Shown: piece after piece, positions 1-10,270 of the stretch
Layout of the letters: each line of letters begins with the position of its first letter
Numbering within the stretch: the stretch's first letter is position 1
NCBI GenBank assembly: GCA_046563655.1
Contig: CM102289.1
Coordinates: 806,001-870,000, forward strand
Direction of reading: 5' to 3'
DNA: 64,000 nt
From: Yuukianura sp. NJ FZ-2021
Lineage: Eukaryota
Translations under genes and position numbers: made by a program
Notes under the pieces: model-generated
Database searches by the model: none
Seen by the model: only the letters and a program-made list of their open reading frames with translations
Told to the model about the DNA's origin: nothing

Positions 1-816
1 TAAACTAATTGAAATGAACAAGTATCCTCTAGCGTCTCAAACACAAACTGCTCTGGTCTTCAGCTTCCGTGATGGACCGTCATGGTCACTCATCCTCAGA
101 GAGTATATTGCTCAAGCATCAACTGCCGAACTCAAGACGCTGCTAGAATCGCTGAAGAAAATCAATGAGCTTTGGGTTGTTCCGGAATTCAAAGAGGCTT
201 GGCTCAAAGTTTCCGAAAAATTTCCAAACTTCAGGCACATTTGTCCCATTCCGCTCGGGAACTGAACAAAACCGAACATTCTCAGCAAAGCTAAGTTGTA
301 TCAGCGCAAGATTGATGAAATCAGGTTCAGCAACTTGTCTAAAACAAGACTATTAGCTTCACATAAGCTACTTTAAGATAAGTATAGATTAGGATTAAGA
401 TTCAAAGGGTTATGCTAGGTTACAACAGCAAAGATTTCTTTTGCTAACCTAACAAAAGGCGTTGAAATTGGAGTTGCAATTTGCAACACGATACATAACA
501 TAGTTTTACCCAAGGTTACTATAGCAACATCTTCTTTAAAGACCAACCTTGGTTTTACCCGAGAAAGTTGCAGCAAAAGAGATGGCATCGCGGCAAAAAC
601 TTGAATCGAATGCAAGTCTATCTCCGGGTTTCGTAAAACTATTTTTCCGTTCCTCATTCATAAATAAGCAAGGAAATACGCTAAAGAGTCACCTGGTTAA
701 TGATTCGTCCGCGATGCCACTCAATTTTAATTATGTCCACGCTACTAGATCAATTTTAGTTATCTTTCTGGTGGTTTTTAGTCACACTCGAGTCTAAAAT
801 TTTAGTATGTCCCTTG

Positions 817-885
817 TTAGTCTTCTGGAGACGAATGTTTTCGACATGCTGAAGAAGACTATTAATACGGCTTTGTCTGTCTGTC
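817..885 (+). mobile_element. 5' terminus of a Helentron/HINE (DINE-like) element, same family as 22835-25355
   Basis: TTAGTCTTCTGGAGACGAATGTTTTCGACATGCTGAAGAAGACTATTAATACGGCTTTGTCTGTCTGTC is a near-identical reverse complement of ~25289-25357: subTIR, partial inverted repeat, then (GTCT)n. No matching 3' end was found. Confidence 0.8.
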
Positions 886-2904
886 ACATTTTAGGATTGG
901 TTATTGGTTGCACTTAAACATCCCCGAATTTTTTAAAGTCCAACCCCGCTTTGAAACATGGTTTTGAACTGCTTGAAAAACGCAAACGTTCGAAAATTCT
1001 AAATGGCGCATCATACTGACCCTGGGAGGTGTGGCAGGAACTTATTTCCGCTCTCTTTTCTCGCCGTTTCCTTTTTTTGTATTTAGTCGACATTGGAGGA
1101 TCCGAAAGTAAAAGTTCACAAAGTTGTATTATGTACACCAAATATAAATATTAGCAGTGGAGCCCAAGAGATCCGCTCTCAAGTAGCGAATGCGGCAGTC
1201 AAATTGGGTGAATGTCACTCCTTGGTCACCAGTCATCAACTAAAGCGAAGTCCCATAATTGATCAACCGTGATCGGCTTTTCGTGCTGGTGAAAGCAAAG
1301 ATTAGAAACAATATGGCTACATACAATTCATGCACACAAAATGCGAGGCATGCCGGCACTCAAATTTATGAACAAAGCTGTAGCGCGTGAGCTACATTGA
1401 GAATGAAAAACACAAGTTCTCGTCCACTCTTTTGAAGCTTTTGACGTTGTCATCCCCTTCTGATTTTAAACTAATTCTGAACAAAAACTAAAAAAAGTAG
1501 AATGGCATTACTCATTGTCATTGGCATCTTATTTTCTTAGTAGGTGTAGGAAATACAATTTGTATTTCCGACTGTCAAGGCACCTTGACTTTTCTCGAAG
1601 TGATTTAGGCTCAAGATTACCTTCGAAGATGTCATGGATTCTTTGATTGAATCCGAGTAATTGTTTAATGAGTTTTCTGGTCTTGTTTTAATGGTCTTCT
1701 GTTTTGTTTCTAAGTGCGTATTTATCAATTATGGGGAAAATTAGAGAAGTGTGGAGTAAGTACTTTTGTCGAAAAGAACTACCTGACTCGTATGCGCTTA
1801 TTAGCAATTATGTATTAGTACTTAACTTGGTATATGTCTTTGTTTCTTACAAAATCGTTTGCTTTTGTGCTTGATTCTGGGCTTCTAAGTCGATGACTTA
1901 TTGAATTGTGTTCCTATTCTCATTTTTCATGGTACGTTCTCATTTGTTCATGTGATTGTTTTTTGGTTTTTCCTCTGGAATCCGCAAATTCCGCTTTTTG
2001 TTGAGGCCCACGCAAATTTTGCAAAAACGGTTGTAGCACACTGGAATTGCAATTGATGTAGCCAAAGTAGTGAAAGTGGTAATCACTCAGTAGTGGTTAT
2101 AATTGGCGGTAAGCAAGTTTTAACATCTGTTACAGCGGTAGAGAAGGTCCTTTCTTAAGATTATGGAAGTTCTACTGATAAACTCTTTTAGGGAGAATAT
2201 TTTTCGTCTTGTACAAAACGTTTTTTTAAGTCACGAATGAAGCGAAAAATGAACAACGGATCAACGTTTTTTGAAATTAAGCTTTACAAAAACTGCTTTT
2301 GCAACGACCAGTGGTTGTGGTCAGCTGAAGAGTGCTTGAGAGTTAAAGGACAAATGCTTGTGCAAAGTGTTATGCCTTAAACTAAGAGAGTGTGCCACCT
2401 TGACTCATGCGCAGTCTTTAGAAAATGTCATTGTCAACAAGGTAAAAGTGACCAAAGAGTCAACGATCTCCATTTCAAATTCGATTTTTACTTTACTTGA
2501 ACTTTAACTGAAACATACATTCAAAATCAAGCAAAAATTCCATCACACTTTCAAAATTTTCAAAGCAACTTACTGCGCACACAACAGAGATGGTCCACGT
2601 GACTCAGTGAGATTCCAGAAAAATGACGCATGGAATTTTCAGTGGAAGTATCCAAAACTTTTGGTAGAAGAACCAGAATTGGCTTGTTTAATTCCAAATT
2701 GAACTGAAAAATATCAAATATTTCTTAAAGTAAGTTAGGTTTTTAAGTTATTACGTAAATTTTAGCAATTGCTTGGTTCACTCCAACTGAAAGCAGACTT
2801 CTTTGCCAATCTTTTTGTTTCTGATTCAAAGTTCTAAATGAAAATTGTATTCACAAGTGACACGAGTCGCATGTGCAGAAACCCAAACTTGGAAAATAGA
2901 AATT

Positions 2905-3247
2905 TCATTTATTTGCTTGTTTGAAACAAAAACTTTAAAAAAGCACCGTGATCTTACGGCACACGTATGGATCCCTGCTGCGTGTCCAACCACAGACGAC
3001 GCTCGCAGTGTCCGGACAGGGGATGGCTTATACAGGGCAGCGGGGTACTTGCAAACCCCGGTGCACCTGTACGGCCCCTTCCAGTCCCTTAAATGAGGCT
3101 AATAAGGCGCCCCCGGACTCAAGCCGGGCTCCGGAGAAGGAGGATACCCATTACCCCAGCCGCGTTAGGCTCAACTAACCCCCCTAGCCCCCACCAGAAC
3201 GCAAGCGCTCCAGTGACTGACTGAGGGCTCCCCTCCGTAGGCCTTTC
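2905..3247 (-). ncRNA. Candidate structured ncRNA, terminal exon copy B1
   Basis: GC-rich island in AT-rich DNA. On the minus strand it starts after TTTCTTCTCAG| (3247), folds into several G-U-containing hairpins, and ends with a hairpin, a U-run and AATAAA (2913-2908). No reading frame is conserved with copy B2. Confidence 0.55.
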
Positions 3248-3969
3248 CTGAGAAGAAAGATCAATTTAAAAAACCAAAAAAACACGCATCACTTTACCTT
3301 TTTTTTTTTTGAAAAAGACTCTTTTTGATAAAAAAAAACATCAAATGAAAAGAGCATCCAACCGCTTTCCAAAATTGAAATCCTTCATTTAAAAAAAAAC
3401 ACTTTCACCTAAATTTTAACTTTTCGATCATCATGAAATCTCATTTTTTTGAAGTTTCACTTAAGTATGATCAAACTTTTTAACCTTAAGCTAAAAATTC
3501 ACAGTGAGAACCAAGTTTAGACTTTTTTATTTGCCGCTTTTTTTAATATGAAAATATTTGGATGATAGGAGTGTATTGGAAATAAGATTGTGACCTGTCT
3601 TCGGAGGTTGTGAATGTATTGGTGACCTGGGTCCAATCTCCACACAATTTTGTCCCTCTCTCTGGGTTCTGATCCTATTTGAGTCGTTTGTCAGCGGATG
3701 AAGTTCATTCCGTGTTAAATCACACCCTCCCCACCCTCCAAGTCCCCTGTAAGTCCTCACGGGGCTCTCAAAGGAATCAATCTTTTCACCAACACCTAAC
3801 TAGCCCACAGTCAGGCTCACTTTCTCACCTTTCTCTTTTCGGCTCTCAACCAAGCTCAAACTTCTTGTTTCAACCTAAATTTGTTGGTATTTGGTCAATA
3901 CCAATTAAACTTTCCCGTCTTACCTAACTTTTTAAGCTAAATTCAAGAAAAACTTAATAAAAAACTTAC

Positions 3970-4178
3970 CTTGCGATTTCTGGTTTTTCCAAAAGTTGAA
4001 ACGGGCTTGCGAATGCGTCCGACGGGCCACTGATGGGTGCTTCTCACCGTTGGAATGGGTCAAAAGTTGACCTCGGGGTGACCCCTCTTCAAAAGTTCTC
4101 TATCATTGAAAAAACCTTAAAAAAACCTTCGAAAATCAAAACAAGTCGTCCGAATCAAGTTTTGAAAAGCGGGAAAAC
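3970..4178 (-). ncRNA. Candidate upstream non-coding exon A of the structured RNA locus
   Basis: Ends AGAAATCGCAAG|GTAAGT, a strong donor at 3969. Homologous to 4729-4932 (GAGGTCAACTTYTGACCCA...TGAGAAG). The 5' boundary is approximate. Confidence 0.45.
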
Positions 4179-4728
4179 CAAAAATCGGATTTTCTCACTA
4201 TGACTTTCACTTTTCTTTGTTTTCTTTGCACGCCTCACTGACCATTAATTTGAGCCGGCTAAATTGTAAGACTAAATTGTAGACTTTGTTTTTGAATTTT
4301 TAAAAAACTTTTTTAACTTTTTGAAATTGCTGTTTGCCCAAAAAATACGGAGATTTTTGAAATTTCCCTGGAGGTCTGTGTCTCTCATTTCAGTTTTGTT
4401 CTGACATCTTGCTCTTCTCTTACTCTCGGAATGAATTAAATTCAAAATTGGTGGAAAAACTTTGTTTTGTGTATAAATTTCGTTTGTGTAGAGGAAAAGA
4501 GTGAAAGTACACGCAGTGACGTGGTTTACGGAACGCAAGGGAGAACACACGAGCTATCATGCACTGGACTATGGACTTTCTCCCAAAAACTAACCTAACC
4601 TTCCCGTCGCACCTAACTTTTAAAGGTAAATTTAAGAAAAAGTTAATAGGCCTAACCTTGTCTAACTTCCTCTGAAACCTAACCGCTCACAAGCTTATCC
4701 TACAAGAAATAGACAAACATTTTCTTAC

Positions 4729-4932
4729 CTGCCGATTTCTAGTTTTACGAGTTATGTAGAGGGCTTGTCGCAGAGTCCGGCGGCTTAGGTTCGGTGGTGG
4801 GGCCTTCTCAGCGTAGGACTGGGTCAGAAGTTGACCTCGAATGACCTCTCTTCAAAAGCTCTCTTTGAAACAGAAAAACCTTGGGAACTTCTTGCAAGCA
4901 GCTTTTGAAGAGAAGTGACGAGAGGGAAAATC
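4729..4932 (-). ncRNA. Paralogous upstream non-coding exon A'
   Basis: Ends AGAAATCGGCAG|GTAAG, donor at 4728. Contains a 16-bp stem CUUCUCUUCAAAAGCU/AGCUUUUGAAGAGAGG. The downstream intron piece (4595-4650) is homologous to 3908-3960. Confidence 0.45.
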
Positions 4933-5459
4933 TTTTACAGAAAAGCATGATACCTGCTGTGGCTGGAGGTCATTCCCTTCAAACCCAGCAAAAGTATCAT
5001 GTGAATTTAAAAAGTTTATTTAAAAATTTATCATAGGTAATTAAAAAGTGGACTGAAGCCCAGTATCATTTCCATTTTACTTCTTCAGATGAGATTGGGA
5101 AGCAACTGGAAATGCAAAGGGTCCATGCCAATACATCGAAAAATGAAAGAAAAGTTTTCCAAAGTGAGTTTCAAAATTTCTGTTCAAAATTTGAAAAAGG
5201 GGTATGAATTTTGAAGTTTGAGAACAATGTATTCGTTGGCGATTCAAAAGTGTGACCATGGTTACAGTCCGGTTGATTTACGCGTAGAAGCATCCGATTC
5301 GGATATTAATGTCGAATGACGGATGACGAATTGGTTCAAGTTTCAACTACACATTCATGTAAAACCTCAACAATGTACATTTTTTTTTAAACTTACAAGC
5401 TAACGTTTGATCGCCGCTCTCGCCTTGGAGTCAAGAGCGGGAAAATAGAAATTTCATTT

Positions 5460-5798
5460 AATTTATTTGTTTGAAACAAAAACTTAAAAAAAAACGCACC
5501 ATCGTGACCTTCCAGCACACATGGATCCCTGCTGCGTGTCCAACCACAGACGACGCTCGCAGGGTCCGGACAGGGGATGGCTTATACAGGGCAGTGGGTA
5601 TTCGCAAACGCAGAAACGCCCATCCTGCCCTTTCCAGTCCCTTAAATCAGGCTAATAAGGCGCCCCCGGACTCAAGCCGGGCCCCGGAGAAAAAGGATAC
5701 ACATTGCCCCAGCGGCGTTAGGTTCAACTTATCCCACAGCCCTCACCAGAACTCATGCGCCCCAGTGACTGAGTGCGGGTTCCCCTCCGGAGACCTTC
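5460..5798 (-). ncRNA. Candidate structured ncRNA, terminal exon copy B2
   Basis: Starts after TTTTCTCAG| (5798) and has the same architecture as B1 with pairing-preserving changes. Ends with a U-run and AATAAA (5467-5462). Homology to the B1 intron ends at ~6185. Confidence 0.55.
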
Positions 5799-6493
5799 CT
5801 GAGAAAATAAAATCAATTAAACAACAAAACAGACATTTCATTTTCACATACTCAACATTCTACAGCGACTTCCAAATCGGAAACTTACGATTCTGGTGAA
5901 GCCAATGACCTTGTAGATTTCAAAAGGAGGTACGAGCTGCCGCAAACTAAAAAAATCAAAACATTATTTATGAAACAGAACATCAAATGAAAAGAGTTTC
6001 CAAAATTGAAATCCTTCATTTAAAAAAAACACTTTCACCTAAATTTTAACTTTTCGATCATCATGAAATCTTATTTTTTTTAAAGTTTCATTTAAGTACG
6101 CTCAAACTCTTTCATTTTAAGCTAAAAAATCACACTGAAAACAAAGTCGGACTTTTATTTCCGCTTTTTTTAAATGTGAAAATAATTGGTGCTTATCTCC
6201 TGACTGCGTTTTAGTGAAATTAAAAACCGAAATTTGGCAAGTAAAGAGTGGATGATGCATCATAGTCGTATTGTTTGAGTGCATCGAAGGGTGAGTATGT
6301 TGTTGAAATTTGGAAATTTGTTTGGAAAAAGCGTTGTTTTTATAACTCCGGAGAACCCTGGTGCTGAACTAAATAAAACTGCTTCACGTTACGAATCGTT
6401 TTGTCCAACACCATTACAACATTAATCTTCTTGAACTTTTTTTTTGACTTTCCTGATGTCGACAGAAGTCGGGTCAAATATCGGGTGGCTATC

Positions 6494-7072
6494 ATATGTA
6501 TATATATATATATATATATGTTTATTGGGGGGAGCAGTCACCTATATTTAGGTGACTGACTCACGCTGAGCATTCACTTATACGGAATATTTCAACATCA
6601 ACCCCTTTAGAAACAGCGTTATTTTTTGTCCTTTGCGACCAAACACTCATTATGGTAATCCAATTGCTATCATTATACGGAGGTCGTCCGTATTCTGATA
6701 AACAAATCAGATTGAATGAGTATTTTTTGTCTATGGACTGGTTCAAGGAGTAGTAATTTGTAACCACCACAGACTGCGAAGCTCTTACCTGCTGCTCGAA
6801 AGGATTACAGACCTCTGACTCAAGGCCAGCTTGGTACTGTAACACAGCAGGCAGTTCTTGCAGAAGCGGTCGCCCCAACACACACTCCTTTATCTTGGGG
6901 TGTCCACAGAGCAGCCCCAGGAAAGGAGAGAAGTCCAGCACTTGTCTCCCTGCTTCGGGACAGGGAGAACCCACGGCCTCGACTTCTTTTTTCCTTCCCC
7001 AGGGGCTGGTTGCGAACTCACGTCGGCCAGTGGAAAAGCATTGACGGCTTAACCACTGAGCCAACTCGCCCC
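6494..7072 (-). mobile_element. tRNA-derived SINE (~580 bp) with (TA)n tail
   Basis: Minus-strand head GGGGCGAGTTGGCTCAGTGGTTAAG (A box) ... GAGTTCGCAACC (B box). The 3' end has a stem-loop AGTCACCTA/TAGGTGACT, AATAAA and an (AT)n tail. A perfect 13-bp TSD TCGGGTGGCTATC lies at 6481-6493 and 7073-7085. Confidence 0.9.
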
Positions 7073-8728
7073 TCGGGTGGCTATCGCTACCACACTGACG
7101 GCTCCGGTTTGGTCACAGCCTTTGATTTCACACAGGAATTAATGTTGGTGCGTATTTGCTTTATTTCAGCATATACTTCACACTCTTCCTCGGTAATTGG
7201 AGCGTTGGAAACTCTGACACCTTCCACTTGTGTTAACCCTTGGACACTTCGAAAAAACGCAGATAAAGCTGAAAAAGCACACCCAGATGGAATACTGAAA
7301 TAAGTTTAAATGAACATTTACGGAGTTTAGCATGGTTTCTCCATAAATTCCATACTATTGTGTTCGGTTCGGTTATACTTTACTATTCCACAGTTTCTTA
7401 TGAGTCTCTTACGTTATGACGTTTTTCACAATAAAAGCTTACCTTGATATCTTAGATCGTGTATTTTAAGTTGTTCAGCGCTAATGTATCAGAGTCCTCG
7501 CGCAGTGTCGTTTCTTTCGAAGTACTCTCCTATGGTGTCGTACCGTATGTAGGGCCAATACGTTCTTTGTCTGGTGAACTCTAGCAGGGCGACATGGCCA
7601 TAAACATGCAAGAAGCCGCTTATTCTGTCGCTATAGTACATCGTGTGGAAGACTGAAATTTTGTTTGACATGGGCAGGTCTTTTAGCAGTGTATTGGAGT
7701 ATTGGAAACCCCTGGGCGTAAAGTAAACCGCAGCTCCCCGACGAAGTGGTTGTGGTTTGATGGTACAATCATTGTGTTGATGTACACCTCAAGATCACCC
7801 AACTTTACGCCATAACCCACAGCCGCCATTGTACTCTGCAAATACTTCAACAAGTTCTATAATAATCTTATCTCCTGATCTTTGCGAAATGCGAAATAGT
7901 ACTAAGCAAGAAATAGGCCCATACTTGCATACAAAGGCAATTCCCATGAAAAAATTGGTGAATATTTCGCGAATTTTTGAAATATTTTATAAATAAATTG
8001 TTCAGAATAATGAATAACTAAACGAAAGCCTCATATTGGGTAAGTTTCTGCATTCGCTTTTGAATAAGTCACTTGCGGTGTAAAAGGTTTGAGGAAAATA
8101 CACTTAAGAGTGCGTAAGGAAACGTTACAGGGGGTACGTTCAACCATTCCATACTTCTCTTTTAGATACTCTCACTCGTATGTATAATGTGCATAGGATA
8201 ATATGCGATAAGTGCATAATGTTGCCAAGATGGTTTTAGTGCGTTAAATTTATGCACGTAAAATGTAAAGCTATTATAGCTATCCATTACGTCGTTCCTT
8301 CCTACTTCCTTTGAAAGTGACCTTCAGAAAGTATCAGTCAAAAGCATATTTTGAGAAAACGCGAATAAGAAATTTCCCCTTTCACCTCTATGTAAGATCA
8401 CAATTTCCAATTTCCCTTCTTCAAAAAGGGAAATTAGCAATTTCGTGAGTACGCGGAATTTTTTGAAACCTAAAAAAGACGAGTTTCCACTATCCACTAT
8501 TCCAGTTCTGCTTTTGGTCTAACTGTATGAAGTCTTCACTGTATCCTGTTTTGATAGGTTGAATGCAAAAAGACAAGCGAATAAATTACACGCACAATTT
8601 TATTTCACAAAACGCGAATGACATGGTTCACTTTGGATGAAATTAATTTAATTGTCGTCTGAATAATGTCAACCCTACTACTGTTCTGGCGTGCTTAGGT
8701 TTAAACGTATTTACATTAGATTAATTCA

Positions 8729-9029
8729 TCATCTCTTTCTTACAACATTGTAGCCTTCAGGCGCTGGTTTTGTTGTTCCAATTCGACGACTCTTAGCATC
8801 CAGTAATGCATCAGCCAGCTCATCCCGTAGTCTGGCATTTTCCGCCGCTAACGCTCTATTCTTTAATACGAGACTATATAGCTAAACTATATTAGTTTTG
8901 CATCATTGTAGTAATTCGACATCGACTGCTATTTCATTTTAAAATTAAAGTTTACCGGATGACGACCGCCTCGTCCAATTCATTGTGATCCTCCTGATTC
9001 CTGTTGTTTCTGGAACTAGAGCTGGCCAT
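8729..9029 (-). CDS. Possible small two-exon orphan protein (72 aa, coiled-coil-like)
   Basis: Exons 9029-8956 and 8873-8729 joined over an 82-nt GT-AG intron give MASSSSRNNRNQEDHNELDEAVVIRLVLKNRALAAENARLRDELADALLDAKSRRIGTTKPAPEGYNVVRKR*. TTTCAG lies just upstream of the ATG and AATAAA is at ~8604-8599. No recognisable homology. Confidence 0.35.
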
Positions 9030-9221
9030 TTCTGAAACAATCAACATGTTATTTCAGTTTATCTTTTGAAGCAAAGTACATCGTGACACTGTCCACACCT
9101 TTAATTTGATTCGGTTTCGTTTAGGACATGAGGGAGAGCCCGGTAGTTGCAAAGATCGTGAAATCATGCCACACGACCAATCAACTGTGTGAAACTTGGC
9201 TTCTGAATTAATCTACTAACT

Positions 9222-9580
9222 AAAACCGCGTCTGAAGCCTCCTTTCCCTGCTGACATTGGGGTATTCGGTTGTCCAACAACAGTGACCAACGTTGAAACC
9301 GTCGCTATGGCCCGTGCAATTTGTCGGCGCGGTGGAACATGGTTTCTGTCCTTTGGCAGGCCCCGTAACTCGGGAACGAAGTTCTTCAATATCTCTGGGC
9401 ATGTAAAATACCCATGCACCGTTGAAGAAGAGATGTCAATTCCACTAAAGTAAGTTAAACTAATTACATAATACCAATTACCGCTTTCGTCTGCTTTGAA
9501 TTTGCGCTAATTTTGTTAATATGATGTATTTTTAGGGAGTTGATTGAGCGCCATTGTGGTGGAGTGACTGGCGGATTGGA
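9222..9580 (+). pseudogene. NDUFV1: Inverted partial copy of NDUFV1 (3' part of exon 5, intron, start of exon 6)
   Basis: Aligns to the reverse complement of 19041-19403. Encodes [41 protein letters not shown]...EEEMSIPLK and retains the intron at 9450-9535. No start codon and no flanking exons. Confidence 0.93.
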
Positions 9581-9599
9581 TTATTTCGCCTTCTCCGGA

Positions 9600-10270
9600 A
9601 ATACTAAGTAGTTGATTTCTTCCACGTTGTCGCAGTGTTCGAAAAGTATTGGGGTGTTTTTAGAAATCGAATTCTCTAAACGGCGTTTCCACTTCAATTT
9701 ATTATCTTTGTACACCCACAATGATGTACCTTTGTACATCTTGTGCAATGTATTTTTGCCATGAGTTGCTTATCTCCAGGTGAAACTGGAGTTCACTTTT
9801 CTTTGGTTTTTGTACCAACGCCTTTGCGTTGGGATTTATGCAAGGGAAGAGGAACTTGGCTTCAGTTTCCTTTGCCTCCAGTGTGTTTGGTGTAATAGAG
9901 AGCATCTCACAAAGCGCTTCCACTACAAGCAATTTTCATCAGCAATTTTTTACTAACCTCTTCATCAATTTCTACGCAACTGTCGGGCGGTGACCTTGAC
10001 AATGAGGTCAGAATTTTTTGAAACCTTATTTTAGGTATATTTAGGCTAGCATTAGTAGCAGCGTTAGACTTACGGTACAAAGGTAGTATATCTTCGTCCA
10101 GCAGGATTAGATGGTTGGCTATACGGATTTTTTCAAATGTTATCGAGTGATCTGTTGACAAAGGAGAACTAGGGTTTGTCCTTGACCTGTGCTGCCGTAA
10201 GTGCCTTCTCCAGAATTTTCTTGGTTGTGTCAGCTTCCTTAGTGTGGGGAGTGTGACTAGCCCAGTCACA
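9600..10270 (-). pseudogene. Degenerate coding-like segment of unknown family
   Basis: Two overlapping minus-strand ORFs (9907-10269 and 9702-9932) read as protein-like sequence across an apparent frameshift near 9920. Family not recognised. Confidence 0.3.

Larger units (their letters stand above)
2891..6185. repeat. Local direct duplication: ~2891-3560 and ~5440-6185
   Basis: Both copies start GGAAAATAGAAATTTCATTT, share the GC-rich core (TGGATCCCTGCTGCGTGTCCAACCACAGACGACGCTCGCAG...) and share the adjacent AT-rich tract (TTTCCAAAATTGAAATCCTTCATTTAAAAAAAACACTTTCACCTAAATTTTAAC...). Confidence 0.95.

Noticed and set aside
14..800. Short ORFs at the window start
   Set aside because: The 83-aa frame looks protein-like and may belong to a gene entering from the left, but no family or consistent exon structure could be supported.
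2285..2445. Cys-rich CXC-like stretch
   Set aside because: Needs stops and frameshifts to assemble; too weak to call.
5786..5800. GGAAGGUCUCCGG resembling RNase P/MRP CR-I
   Set aside because: Not conserved in copy B1 (GGAAAGGCCUACGG), and no convincing CR-V (UCAGACU or GGGGCUNA) partner was found.
2845..5899. Plus-strand ORFs over the duplicated GC-rich segment (83, 76 and 142 aa)
   Set aside because: Non-ATG starts, frames differ between copies, and splice and poly(A) signals plus G-U pairing all point to the minus strand.
6561..7064. 167-aa minus-strand ORF
   Set aside because: Lies wholly within the SINE, starts at TTG and shows no recognisable domain.
6995..7072. Functional tRNA gene
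   Set aside because: No complete cloverleaf, and it continues into a SINE body bounded by a TSD.
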